64,000 nt of DNA from Trueperaceae bacterium. GTDB lineage: Bacteria > Deinococcota > Deinococci > Deinococcales > Trueperaceae. This document shows, piece by piece, positions 50,880 through 60,710 of the stretch. The notes under the pieces are model-generated. The model made no database searches, was not told where the DNA came from, and was given only the letters and a program-made list of their open reading frames with translations. Within the stretch, counting starts at the first letter, position 1, and every line of letters begins with the position of its first letter. Location: the NCBI GenBank assembly GCA_965214405.1, contig OZ243956.1:4064001-4128000 (forward strand). Direction: 5' to 3'. The translations under genes were made by a program, and so were the position numbers.

Positions 50880-52787
50880 TTAAGCGGGTTGAAGCTCAGG
50901 CGCGAGCTGCGGCACCTTGTCCTCGACGTCGATAAGCCAGTCTTCGTGGTTGTACCCTCGTTTGTCTAAGCCCATCTTCACTTCATCGCGGCCTTCGCGC
51001 AGACCCAGGGTGAAGCGCAGGCTGTCGCTCCGCTTGACCAGTTTCACGATAATCTGATTTTCGCCGCCACGCAGTTTCACGCGGTAGGCCCGGTTGAAGG
51101 GCGTCCACACGGGCTGTTCGTCTTCTTCACCCAAAAACTCCCCGTTGAAGAAAAGCTTGTACCCGTCCGAGTTGCCGACCACCAGGTAGGCCCAGCGCGC
51201 TTCGGGCACGGTAAAGGTGCGGGCCAAGTAAGCGCAGTACACGCCGCTCAGGCCGACAACGTTGCTTAGGTCGATTTCGTGTTCGTAAGAGGGGACGAGG
51301 GCGGGGCGACCAAGTAGCGTAGAGAACTCACGGTAAAGCTGCTCGGGATTTTTAGGCGGCTCTGGCAGATAGGCTTTATCCAGATTCACAAAATGATGCG
51401 GGAAACGCCGTCCCCATTCCAAGTCGTCGTCCGCGTTAGGTAGCGGGTCGTAAAACACGCCGAGGATGCTCCACAACCCAGCGCCCGCCACGCCGAACGA
51501 GCCTATTTCTTTACCGTCAAGACGCACCTTAAATAGGTTTTTTACAGGCCAGGTTTTCAGGTCGGGACGCGCGCGTAAATTAAAGGTGGCGCTGCCGCGC
51601 TCGAGCCGTTGCTGCTGGGGAAAAACCTCCCAATTCTCCGACCCAGCAACGCTGAGTTCCCCGTTACTATGCTCCCCCGCCAGCTTCAGGGTGACCGTTA
51701 TGGTTTCACCCGGCGCTGCGGAGGGCAAAGCGTGGTACTCGACTTCCAAACGAGGCTTCGCTTTTACGACGGGTAGCGGTGTGAGGGTGGGCGCGTCGGT
51801 AATGTCCAAACCCGTTTTCAGGTCGCGGCTTAGCAGCACGCCGACTCGAGCGGTGTCCCTTGCCAAGGCGGACAGCGTCATCTCCTCGCGCCGGTACTCG
51901 ATGCCCATCACCAGTTCGTCGCCAATCGCGTTTTTGAGATGCGCCGGAATGCGACTCGCCCCGAGTATCTGCCCGAGCAGCGCGCCCGCCGTCGCCATCG
52001 TGCAGTCGGTGTCATAGCCGCAGCGCAGGGTGGAGAGCATCGTTTCCTCTAAGTCTTCACCGCCGTACAAAAGTCCCAAAAAGGTAAAGGGTACATTGGT
52101 GCGCGCGTCGCAGGCTTCGGGATTGCCCGCGAGGAGCATCAGCCGCTGGCGCGCGTCGCGCAGGCTGAGCCCTTCGGCGTGGGCGCGAAACGCTTCTTCG
52201 CTCAACCTTGCGATGGGCGTGCCTGCGGGCAAGTAGTGCTTGAAGCGTTCGTAAAGCACCTTGTAATCATCGACAAAAAAGGCCATCGCCGCCATCGCGG
52301 CAAAAAGCTGCTCCGCGCCCACCGATTCTTCCGTGTGGTCTAAGACGCCGTCCCGGCGGGCGTACTCGGCGGCCAAGTCGGGCGCGCCGGGGAAGGCGTA
52401 GCCCCAGATTTCGGCGCGGATGGGGCAGCCCATGCCGGTTTCCCAAAACTGGTTGTTAAACCTGCCCGAGTCCGGTGGATGGATGCCCAGCCGGTAATTT
52501 TTACGAAAAATCCCGTACTCGTTAAAGGGGTACCAGCAGCCCCCCAACCAAGCGTCGGCTAAGTCATCCGAGGTGAGCGCCGCGCCTTTTTCCTCCAACA
52601 CCTTGAGCCACAAGATTTGCAGGTCGAGGTCGTCGTTGGGGGGGACCGCGTCGGGAAACATCTCCTGGGGCGAAATTTCTATCCAGTCTTTGTTGCCTTC
52701 GAACCGTGCGCCGATGGTGCCGCCGATGCACTTACCTATCCAGCCGCCCAAAACCTTGTCTAAATACCGCTCGTATGAAAGTTGCAC
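50880..52787 (-). CDS. ADP-ribosylglycohydrolase family protein with C-terminal beta-rich domains
   Basis: GWIGKCIG..IGA.FEG, PNDDLD, IRAEIWG and GYDTDC motifs. Confidence 0.82.
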   Translation of the reverse strand: MQLSYERYLDKVLGGWIGKCIGGTIGARFEGNKDWIEISPQEMFPDAVPPNDDLDLQILWLKVLEEKGAALTSDDLADAWLGGCWYPFNEYGIFRKNYRLGIHPPDSGRFNNQFWETGMGCPIRAEIWGYAFPGAPDLAAEYARRDGVLDHTEESVGAEQLFAAMAAMAFFVDDYKVLYERFKHYLPAGTPIARLSEEAFRAHAEGLSLRDARQRLMLLAGNPEACDARTNVPFTFLGLLYGGEDLEETMLSTLRCGYDTDCTMATAGALLGQILGASRIPAHLKNAIGDELVMGIEYRREEMTLSALARDTARVGVLLSRDLKTGLDITDAPTLTPLPVVKAKPRLEVEYHALPSAAPGETITVTLKLAGEHSNGELSVAGSENWEVFPQQQRLERGSATFNLRARPDLKTWPVKNLFKVRLDGKEIGSFGVAGAGLWSILGVFYDPLPNADDDLEWGRRFPHHFVNLDKAYLPEPPKNPEQLYREFSTLLGRPALVPSYEHEIDLSNVVGLSGVYCAYLARTFTVPEARWAYLVVGNSDGYKLFFNGEFLGEEDEQPVWTPFNRAYRVKLRGGENQIIVKLVKRSDSLRFTLGLREGRDEVKMGLDKRGYNHEDWLIDVEDKVPQLAPELQPA

Positions 52788-52837
52788 GTTTCTCCTCCTA
52801 GTTATTTCTCATAGTTGTTTTTAGTCGTTATTTCTGA

Positions 52838-53626
52838 TTATTTGAGAGAACCCGACACGATGCCGTCTTCGAAATACTTTTGCAAGCTCAAGTACGTGAT
52901 CATGACGGGCAGGCTGATGAGCACTAAGGCCGCAAAAACTTTGCCGATATCGACCTCATAAAACCCGGTGAAAAATTGGGGGGCTTGCGTGACCGTCTGC
53001 ATGGTCTGCTTGCGCATAAAGATGAGCGCCAGAAAATACTCGTTCCAGGCAGACAGAAACGTCCAGATGATGACCACCAGAGAGATAGACTTTGACAGCG
53101 GCACGACAATCCACAGCAGCGCGGTAAAGCTGTTGCAGCCGTCGATGCGGGCGGCGTCCAAAAGTTCGTCGGGGAGTCCGTCTAAAAAGTTACGCATGAG
53201 TAGTACGGTAAACGGCAGCCCGAAAGCGGTGTAGGGCAAAACGAGCGCCCAATAGGAGTTGAACAGCCCCAGGTTGCGAAAAAGAATAAACAGGGGCACG
53301 ATGACCGCAATACCGGGGACCATGAGGCCTACCAAAACGAGGTTGAAGAGCAGCGCGCTACCCCTCAGCTTCAACTTGGCGAAGGCGTAGGCGGCGAGCA
53401 CCGTGATGACGTAGGTAAGGACGATGGTCGTCGACGTGACGATCAGACTGTTCAAAAAGAAGCGGGGGAGAAGCGGCTGTTGCAGCACCGCCAGGTAGTT
53501 GCCCAAGCCGCTGCCCTGCAAAGACACGCGGATCATGATGATCAGGGGGGCGATAAACACGGCCGCGAGCGCCGTCAGGATGAGTTGCGCGGTGAGGTTG
53601 GCCCACCGTGAGGTGATTCCGGGCAT
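52838..53626 (-). CDS. Carbohydrate ABC transporter permease
   Basis: DAARIDG loop, WNEY. Confidence 0.92.
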   Translation of the reverse strand: MPGITSRWANLTAQLILTALAAVFIAPLIIMIRVSLQGSGLGNYLAVLQQPLLPRFFLNSLIVTSTTIVLTYVITVLAAYAFAKLKLRGSALLFNLVLVGLMVPGIAVIVPLFILFRNLGLFNSYWALVLPYTAFGLPFTVLLMRNFLDGLPDELLDAARIDGCNSFTALLWIVVPLSKSISLVVIIWTFLSAWNEYFLALIFMRKQTMQTVTQAPQFFTGFYEVDIGKVFAALVLISLPVMITYLSLQKYFEDGIVSGSLK

Positions 53627-53638
53627 AGGGACACCTTC

Positions 53639-54562
53639 CTAGCGGCGGTACAACCGCTGCTGCATCAAGGTGATGACGAGAGCGAGGACGAGCAGGACGA
53701 TGGACAGAGCGGCAGAGTAGCCCGCGTCGAACTCGACGATGCTCTTCTTAAAGATGTAGGTCGCCATGAGTTCCGTGGCGCGACCCGGCCCGCCCCCGGT
53801 GGTCAGGTAGACCACGTCAAAGGTTTTGAGCGCGCCGATAGCGCCCAAAATAATGAGCGTGACGTGGGTGGGTTGTAGCAGCGGAAGCGTGATATGGCGC
53901 AGCATCTGAAAAGCGTTGGCCCCGTCTATCAAGGCCGCTTCATAGATGGCTCTGTCGATCATGGTGAGCGCGGCGAAGTAGAGCAGAAAGCTGAAGCCCG
54001 TCCAGTGCCAGATGTTGATCGCGGCGACGCTGTAAAGGGCCAGCCGGGGGTCGGCCAGCCACACCTGCGTCAGGCCACCCAAGCCCAGCGCGCTCAGCAC
54101 CCCATTTAGTTCACCGTCTGCACTGTAGATACGGCGGAAGACGAACGCGGAGATCGCCGGAGCTGTCACGACGGGCAAGAAAAAGATGACCTTGTAGACC
54201 GTCTTGAGCACCACCGAGAAGCCCAGCAGCACGGCGATGATGAGGCCGAGCGCCATCTGAATAAAGATGGTCGCAAAGGCGAAAATGACGGTGTTCCACA
54301 AGATTTTGTGAAAAACCGGGTCGCGGAAAATGTCCCGGTAATTTTTTAGGCCGATAAAGTCGCGGTCGGGGGTGAGACCGTTCCAGTTGAAAAGACTCAC
54401 CTCGAGCGTGTAGTAAATCGCGTAGTAGATGAGCCCGCCGACAAAGGCGACCAGCGGTAGCCAGTAGAGATAATTGAGCAGGTTCGTCTTGGCGCGTTTT
54501 GGCCCTGTCGGCACGCCGGAACCCCTTTGTTCCGGCGTGCTGGTTTCGGGGGAATGGTCCAT
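53639..54562 (-). CDS. Carbohydrate ABC transporter permease
   Basis: EAALIDGA loop, TGGGPG, GYSAA. Confidence 0.92.
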   Translation of the reverse strand: MDHSPETSTPEQRGSGVPTGPKRAKTNLLNYLYWLPLVAFVGGLIYYAIYYTLEVSLFNWNGLTPDRDFIGLKNYRDIFRDPVFHKILWNTVIFAFATIFIQMALGLIIAVLLGFSVVLKTVYKVIFFLPVVTAPAISAFVFRRIYSADGELNGVLSALGLGGLTQVWLADPRLALYSVAAINIWHWTGFSFLLYFAALTMIDRAIYEAALIDGANAFQMLRHITLPLLQPTHVTLIILGAIGALKTFDVVYLTTGGGPGRATELMATYIFKKSIVEFDAGYSAALSIVLLVLALVITLMQQRLYRR

Positions 54563-54624
54563 CTTTACCTCGGCATTACCTGACCTGTGGTGTTACCTGC
54601 GGCCTTTACGGCTCGGCTCGGCGT

Positions 54625-55917
54625 CTAGCGTTCGATAGACTGAGACACGCGTTCGACGTTCGCCAGGGCTTCCTCCGGCGTAGAGACGCCGCTCGCCACG
54701 TTCTGAAGGGCGTCGCCGAGCGACGTCTTGAGCTCGGGGTAGAGAAGTTCGCGCTTCCCGACGCTGTTCTCCATCTGTGCGGGTTGCGTCGCCAGCACCT
54801 CTTCTTGAGAGGGGAACATCACGCGGACGTCCTCCAAACCCACGGTCTTGATGGCCGGGAACTGGAGTCTACTCGCCATGATCGTTTGGGCCTCTTCGGA
54901 CACCAGCCAGCTCAAGAAAATCCAGGCTGCCTCTTTGTTGTTGCTCTGACTGTTCATGCCCAGCGCCACGTCGGGGCCGCCGAACAAGCGCCCGGGCTCA
55001 CCGTCCCCGTTCATATCGGGCAGGAGTACCGGCAGGAATTCGTATCTCTCCGTAAAGCCGGTGTTGCCCTGGTTGAGTTCGAACACGCTTTCGCTCATGC
55101 GGTTGTTGTTCCAGTTGCCCAAAAAGATCATGCCCGCTCTGCCCTGGGTCCAGGCGTCGTAGGCGTCGGGGTACTGAGCGATACCGAGCGCGTCGGCGGG
55201 CATGATGCCGCCCGTAAAGAGTTGCAGCCACATGTCCATCGCGGTGACCAAGTCGGGGTCGGTCCAGGGTACTTCGCCCGCTTCCGCCTGGTAAATTTTG
55301 CCGGGCGCGACCTCGTTGGCGAGCGCGATAAACATATCGAAATTGACCCAGTCGTCCTTTGCGCCCTGCACAAAGGGCTGGACACCGTTTTCGCGGAGCG
55401 TCTCGCTGACGCTTTTCCACTCCTCAAAGGTGGTCGGCGGCTCGAGCCCGTATTCGCTAAAGAGGGTTTCGTTGTACCAGAGGTAACCGGCGGCTGATAG
55501 GAACCAGGGCAGCGCCGAGACCTTGTCGCCTACTTCCAACTGTTCGGTACCCAGCGCGTAAAACCGCTCACGCCAGTCCTCACCGAACGTGTCTGTCACG
55601 TAGGGCGTCAGGTCCTCCAAAAAGGGCTGATACTCACTGATCATCACCCCGGCTTGCAAGCCGAGTAGGTCGGGACCGCCCCCCGACACGAGGTCTAAGC
55701 GCAGGGTTTGCAGGTAGTCGGTGTAGTCGAAATTCCGGTACTCGATCTGGATACCATCGTGACCCGCTTCAAACGCTTCGATCAACTGCTCGGCGAACGG
55801 CTCGTCCGGGTTCCAGGACCACCACGCGACGGTCGTTTGCGCCGTCGTTGTTTGTGCAGCGGCAAACAACGAACTCGCCGCCACAACCAAAACCAAACAC
55901 AGAAGCATCTTTTTCAT
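54625..55917 (-). CDS. Carbohydrate ABC transporter substrate-binding protein
   Basis: MKK signal peptide after GGGAGG; GPDL, WYN, LGNW. Confidence 0.9.
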   Translation of the reverse strand: MKKMLLCLVLVVAASSLFAAAQTTTAQTTVAWWSWNPDEPFAEQLIEAFEAGHDGIQIEYRNFDYTDYLQTLRLDLVSGGGPDLLGLQAGVMISEYQPFLEDLTPYVTDTFGEDWRERFYALGTEQLEVGDKVSALPWFLSAAGYLWYNETLFSEYGLEPPTTFEEWKSVSETLRENGVQPFVQGAKDDWVNFDMFIALANEVAPGKIYQAEAGEVPWTDPDLVTAMDMWLQLFTGGIMPADALGIAQYPDAYDAWTQGRAGMIFLGNWNNNRMSESVFELNQGNTGFTERYEFLPVLLPDMNGDGEPGRLFGGPDVALGMNSQSNNKEAAWIFLSWLVSEEAQTIMASRLQFPAIKTVGLEDVRVMFPSQEEVLATQPAQMENSVGKRELLYPELKTSLGDALQNVASGVSTPEEALANVERVSQSIER

Positions 55918-56156
55918 ACGCAACCCTCCCAGGGGGTTCTCATCAAGCCTTTTCAACCTTAGAGGCGTGGCTACGGCGACGCCCGGCGTAACGCTTTTTC
56001 CTAGCAACCTCCTTATCCAAAATCTCTTACACGTCAGTCTCTTACACGTCAAATGAAGCTGTCCAGTGAAATACCGGTACCTGCCTCTCACTTGTCTAAA
56101 ACGTCTCGAGGAGCCTCTGGGTTTTAGAGCACCCTTTCTCACCCGCTGAGTGGATT

Positions 56157-56203
56157 GTGCAACCGCTTGCACGACCATAGCAGCTTGCCCATCTTTTTGT
56201 CAA
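56157..56203 (-). promoter_or_regulatory. Promoter and LacI-type operator of the ABC/ARH/LacI operon
   Basis: Minus strand TTGACA (56203-198), 18-nt spacer, TATGGT preceded by TGC. Palindrome GTGCAA-CCGC-TTGCAC (56157-72) lies at the predicted start site. Confidence 0.7.
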
Positions 56204-56224
56204 GAATTTAGGGCGGACCGCAGC

Positions 56225-56460
56225 AGTCCCGAATACACATGAGTCCACCTTTAACGCTGTGCTGAACAGCGTTTGTGGATGTATCTTGAACTGTGAGCCT
56301 GCAAAGGCTGCGCTGGTTCATGACCGCTCGGGACTCACTTTTCTGAATACTCCCGAAGAGACGTGCTGGTAAAAGCCTGGACCGGATAACACCTGCTGTA
56401 AAGAACGGCCCGCGCGTGTTAAGCTCCCTAGAAAGCCCCTCCGAGACGCCGGGGTTTTTG
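56225..56460 (+). ncRNA. Candidate structured RNA/leader of unknown family
   Basis: Closing stem AGTCCCGA/TCGGGACT encloses two long hairpins (one GCAA-capped); terminator-like hairpin with T run at 56430-60. Confidence 0.35.
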
Positions 56461-56483
56461 CTGCTTTATCTGCTGGGGGTATC

Positions 56484-57758
56484 GTGATTTTCTTAATTCT
56501 TCTTTACGCGTTCGTGCTTCCCTATCTGGGGCTGATGGGGCTCGTATATGTGGGCATGTTTGTGCCCGGCAAAAGGGCGAACAAAACGTCACCTGCCGGT
56601 CTTTCGGCTAACGCCTCAGACAACGCCTCAGACGACGTTCCAGCCCCTCCCTCAGTCAGCGTCATCATCCCGGCGCATAACGAAGAGAAGAGGCTTGGGG
56701 AGACGCTCGAGTCGCTTTCAGAGCAACGTTATGAGGGCGCGTTAGAGTTCGTCATCGTCAACGACCGCTCGACCGACGCCACGCCCGCCATCATCCAGAG
56801 CTTTGTCGGTAAGGACCCGCGCTTTCGGCGCGTGGACGTCATCGCGCCCAGCAAACGTTTGGCGCCCAAAGTCAACGCGGTCGATACGGGCGTGCGCGCT
56901 TCAAAAGGCGAGATTATCTTGACAAGCGACGCGGACTGCCAGTATCCAAAAGAATGGGTCGCGGGCATGGTCGCGCACTTTGCGCCCGACGTGGCGATGG
57001 TCGTGGGTTACGTCGAGAGCACCAGGGCGGGGGCTCGAGGGGGTCCTTTACACACCTTTGAGACGATTGACTGGCTTTCGTTGATGCTCACCTCGAGGTC
57101 CCTAACGCGGTTCGGCTGGGCCTTTGCGAGTTCGGCCAACAACCAGGGCTACCGCCGTGAAGCCTTTGACAAGATCGGCGGCTTTGGCGCGTCGGGCCGC
57201 GCGCCCTCGGGCGACGAGGACCTGCTCACCCAGCGCATGGGCCGCTTGCAAGAAGGGTGCATCGTCTTTGCCGACACCCCCGAGGTGCGCGTGCTCACGC
57301 GGCCCATGCCGACTTTAGGGGCGCTTCTCAACCAGCGCCGCCGCTGGGTCTCGCGCTACCACCACACGCTCCACTACCACCCGCTCTTCTGGACGTCGAT
57401 TGCGATTCTGGGCGCGCAGAGCGTGCTGCTAAGCCTTGCGGTTCCTCTGGCGCTTTTTGCGCCCTCACTCGCGCCCTTTGTGTTCGGGCTCTGGGCCGCC
57501 AAGCTCGCCATCGAGGTGTCGGGCATCCATATCGGCGCGGCGGCGCTGGGGCGGCGCGACCTGTGGGGGCTGCCGATTGTGACCTGGGCGCTGCTTCATC
57601 CCTTCTTTATCGCCGCGGCGGCGCTCTCCTCGCTCGTGCGTTCGGGTGAATGGCGCGCTGGGGCGCAGCGCTACCGTCGCCGCTTTTTTAGGCGGCAGTG
57701 GCGTGAATGGCGGCGCGAATGGCGGCGCAGGGTGCGCACCTCGCTGGGCAGCCACTAG
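56484..57758 (+). CDS. Glycosyltransferase family 2, membrane-bound
   Basis: SVIIPAHNEE, NDRSTD, DAD, GDED, QRRRW. Confidence 0.9.
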   Translation: MIFLILLYAFVLPYLGLMGLVYVGMFVPGKRANKTSPAGLSANASDNASDDVPAPPSVSVIIPAHNEEKRLGETLESLSEQRYEGALEFVIVNDRSTDATPAIIQSFVGKDPRFRRVDVIAPSKRLAPKVNAVDTGVRASKGEIILTSDADCQYPKEWVAGMVAHFAPDVAMVVGYVESTRAGARGGPLHTFETIDWLSLMLTSRSLTRFGWAFASSANNQGYRREAFDKIGGFGASGRAPSGDEDLLTQRMGRLQEGCIVFADTPEVRVLTRPMPTLGALLNQRRRWVSRYHHTLHYHPLFWTSIAILGAQSVLLSLAVPLALFAPSLAPFVFGLWAAKLAIEVSGIHIGAAALGRRDLWGLPIVTWALLHPFFIAAAALSSLVRSGEWRAGAQRYRRRFFRRQWREWRREWRRRVRTSLGSH

Positions 57759-57806
57759 AAAGCTCTTAGAAAGGCGCGCGCCTTTCTTCCCCCATTTATC
57801 CTCCTT

Positions 57807-58952
57807 ATGCGCATCGCCCTCTTTACCGAAACCTTTTTGCCCAAAATCGACGGCGTGGTTACGCGCATCGTGCGGACGTTGGATAACTTACGCGAGCTCG
57901 GCCACGACGCGCTCATTTTCGCGCCCCACCACCCGCCCGAGTCGTACGCGGGCTACCGCGTGGTCAAGGTGCCGGGGATTCCTTTTAAGCCCTGGTATCC
58001 CGAACTCGTGCTGGGGATGCCTCGCCCGCGCTTAGGCCGCGAACTGGACGCGTTCGCGCCCGACATCGTTCACGTGGTCAACCCGGTGATTTTGGGGCTT
58101 TGGGGCACCGCCATCACCAAACAGCGCAATCTGCCCCTGCTGGCCTCGTTTCATACCGACATCACCCAATACGCGGTGCATCTCAAGCTGAGCTTTCTGA
58201 GCCCGCTATCGCGCACGTTCTTGCGCGACGTCCATAACCAGGCGCACGTCAACCTCTGCACGAGCCAGCCGATGGTCAATTCCGCGCGCGGGCTTGGCAT
58301 CAAACGCGTGCGGCTCTGGCCCAAGGCGGTGGATACGGTGCGTTACACCCCCGGTAACGCCTCCGAAGAGATGCGGCACCGCCTTTCGGGGGGAGAGCCG
58401 GACAAGCCCCTGATGATTTACGTGGGGCGTTTGTCGCACGAAAAACGCCTAGACTGGCTCTACGCACCCGTCACCCAGATTCCGGGCGTGCGCCTCGCGC
58501 TGGTCGGCTCCGGTCCCGCCGAGGCTTATCTCAGGGAGCGTTTCAGGGACACCGACACGGTCTTTACGGGCTACATGAGTGGGGACGACTTGGCGAGCGC
58601 CTACGCGAGCGCCGACGTGTTCGCGTTTCCGTCCGACACCGAGACGCTGGGCTTCGTGGCGATGGAGGCGATGGCCTCGAGCGTGCCCGTGGTGGGCGCG
58701 CGGGCCGGGGGCATCCCCGACGTGATTAGTCATGGGCGCAACGGCTTTATGTTTACCCCCGGCGACTTGGGCGAACTCACCGAAAAACTTCGCACGCTTC
58801 TTTTTGACCCAGGGTTGCGCAAAGAGATGGGGGAGAACGCTCGAGCGGACGTGGAGCCCCACAACTGGCTCGCCTCCACCAGGCGCTTGGTCGACTACTA
58901 CCGCTTGGCGCGCACCATTCATAGACGTTACGACCCGCCGAGTAAGTATTAG
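57807..58952 (+). CDS. Glycosyltransferase family 4 (SqdX/PimB-like glycolipid synthase)
   Basis: MRIALFTETFLPKIDGVV, VGRLSHEK, ETLGFVAMEAMAS. Confidence 0.88.
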   Translation: MRIALFTETFLPKIDGVVTRIVRTLDNLRELGHDALIFAPHHPPESYAGYRVVKVPGIPFKPWYPELVLGMPRPRLGRELDAFAPDIVHVVNPVILGLWGTAITKQRNLPLLASFHTDITQYAVHLKLSFLSPLSRTFLRDVHNQAHVNLCTSQPMVNSARGLGIKRVRLWPKAVDTVRYTPGNASEEMRHRLSGGEPDKPLMIYVGRLSHEKRLDWLYAPVTQIPGVRLALVGSGPAEAYLRERFRDTDTVFTGYMSGDDLASAYASADVFAFPSDTETLGFVAMEAMASSVPVVGARAGGIPDVISHGRNGFMFTPGDLGELTEKLRTLLFDPGLRKEMGENARADVEPHNWLASTRRLVDYYRLARTIHRRYDPPSKY

Positions 58953-59052
58953 GGCGGGCGCTGCGCGCTGCTCGGGCGCGGACGCAGGATGACGACTTAG
59001 CCTGACGACGAGACCAGAAAACTTTCCCCTGGTTTTGCAGTAGCATGGGTGA

Positions 59053-59958
59053 ATGACGGTGAGAACGCTGGAAAACGGAGATTTGCCCGCGCTGTTAGAG
59101 CTTCTTACGCTCCAAGACGAGGACGCCATGTACCGCGCGATGTCACCCGAGAGCCGCACTTTGGATGAGCTTAGGGAGGAGCTGGGCGACGAGAGCCCCT
59201 ACACCGAGATTTTTCCGTTTGTGCTCGAGCAGGGGGGCCGCGTCGTCGCCTATCTGAGCCTCTGCAACCTTGACGGCGAGGCCTTTGTGGAGGGGCCGCT
59301 GCTGGCCCCGGAGCTTTCGGCGGAAGCGTTGGAGCCCCTGACCGCGCGCGTGGTCGAGACGGCGCGCGCGTACGGGTACCCCTTTGTCGAGGCCTTCGTG
59401 GACGAGGAAAACGTGCGCGCGCGGCGGGGGTTGGGGGGCGGGGGCTTCGAAGCCTTTCGCACGACCTATATCTATTCGCTCGCGCGCGGCGCGGCCCCGC
59501 CGGTGGGGTTTTCACCCTTCCGCTTCGAATGGGCCGAGGGACTAGGCGCGGGGCTCACGGTGAGCACCTACCGCGACCTCTACCGCGACACGAGCGACAA
59601 CTGGGCCACGCGCCTGGCCTGGAGCGACGAAGACCTCATCGAGCGCTTTGAAGACCCCGACGTGCGGCTTTTGTTGGCGTACAAAGAAGACACGCTGGTG
59701 GGACATCTGGAGCTCGAGTTCTTTGGCGAGGACGGTTTTGCCGAGGTCGCTTACTTTGGCGTGCTGCCCCGCGCGCGCGGGCAAGGCTTGGGCCGCGCGC
59801 TCCTCACCCGCGCCGCGCACGAGGTGTTTGACTTTGAGGACATGACGCTCCTTTTGGCGCGCGCCCACGACGACGAGCGCCAGGCCTGTCACAGTCTGGA
59901 GACGCTCGGGTTCACGCTCTCGCACGGGGTGGTGGCGCTGACGCTCGAGCTGGTGTGA
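59053..59958 (+). CDS. Tandem GNAT family N-acetyltransferase
   Basis: GVLPRARGQGLGRALL acetyl-CoA motif. Confidence 0.85.
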   Translation: MTVRTLENGDLPALLELLTLQDEDAMYRAMSPESRTLDELREELGDESPYTEIFPFVLEQGGRVVAYLSLCNLDGEAFVEGPLLAPELSAEALEPLTARVVETARAYGYPFVEAFVDEENVRARRGLGGGGFEAFRTTYIYSLARGAAPPVGFSPFRFEWAEGLGAGLTVSTYRDLYRDTSDNWATRLAWSDEDLIERFEDPDVRLLLAYKEDTLVGHLELEFFGEDGFAEVAYFGVLPRARGQGLGRALLTRAAHEVFDFEDMTLLLARAHDDERQACHSLETLGFTLSHGVVALTLELV

Positions 59959-60000
59959 GCGTTTAACCAACGCCAAAGGCGGCGCGCCGAGAGTTACGAA

Positions 60001-60041
60001 TCAACCAGGGGAGGTCAACCAGGGGAGGTCAACCAGGGGAG
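60001..60041. repeat. Three tandem copies of a 14-bp unit TCAACCAGGGGAGG
   Basis: Directly visible between convergent genes; the third copy is 13 bp. Confidence 0.9.
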
Positions 60042-60062
60042 ACGCGGCTCGAGGCCAACGTC

Positions 60063-60701
60063 TCAGAACGCCGGTCGGTCGTCTTCAAGCCCCTCGAGAT
60101 GCGCCGTGTCGTTCACGCTTTTGATAAGCCGACGCTCTCCGCCTAAGCCTATACGCGTGATGCCCGTGTTGCCGAAGACGAAATTCCACTTATCCATATC
60201 GTGCCTGTTGGGCGCGTCAATCGCCCACAAGAGCACCGCCCGGATGGTGCCCCCGTGCGACACCGCCGCCACGCGCCCGGTGGGGGGCAACGTGGCGAGC
60301 CAGCCCGACACGCGCGCTTTTAGGTCGCCCCACGACTCGCCCTCCGCGACGGCGACGCCGTGGGGGTCGGCGCGGTAGGCGTTGTAAGCCTGATGGTCGT
60401 CTTCAGAAAATTCGGCGCGCGTTTTGCCCTCGAGCACCCCGTAGTGCATCTCGCGCAGCCTTTCGTCCGTACGGACGGGCAGCCCCGGAAACGCGAGCGC
60501 CGTGGTGCGCTGCGCCCGGCCCGAGTCAGACGCGTGGATTTCATCAAAAGATTCGTTCCGGAGCCTTTCACCCAAGCGCCGCGCCTGCGCTTCGCCCAAG
60601 GGGGTCAGGGGTGCGTCGGTGTGGCCCTGGATTCTGCGGGCGCGGTTCCATTCGGTTTCGCCGTGACGGATGAGCAGAAGGTCTAGCTGGGGTTCTGACA
60701 T
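60063..60701 (-). CDS. Histidine phosphatase (phosphoglycerate mutase-like) family protein
   Basis: RHGETEWN, GES, SHGG. Confidence 0.92.
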   Translation of the reverse strand: MSEPQLDLLLIRHGETEWNRARRIQGHTDAPLTPLGEAQARRLGERLRNESFDEIHASDSGRAQRTTALAFPGLPVRTDERLREMHYGVLEGKTRAEFSEDDHQAYNAYRADPHGVAVAEGESWGDLKARVSGWLATLPPTGRVAAVSHGGTIRAVLLWAIDAPNRHDMDKWNFVFGNTGITRIGLGGERRLIKSVNDTAHLEGLEDDRPAF

Positions 60702-60710
60702 TGGGGCAGT

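Noticed and set aside
55938..56010. SAM-I-like words (CTCATCAAG..GCCCGGC..GCAACC)
   Set aside because: The core motifs are incomplete, and it is antisense to the adjacent gene.
56236..56275. Fluoride riboswitch resemblance (ATGAGTCCACCTTTAAC)
   Set aside because: It lacks the 5' GGYGATGG pairing strand and the GCTGATGAC-type 3' element.
60001..60041. Possible CRISPR repeat
   Set aside because: 14-bp direct tandem copies with no spacers, and no cas genes in the window.
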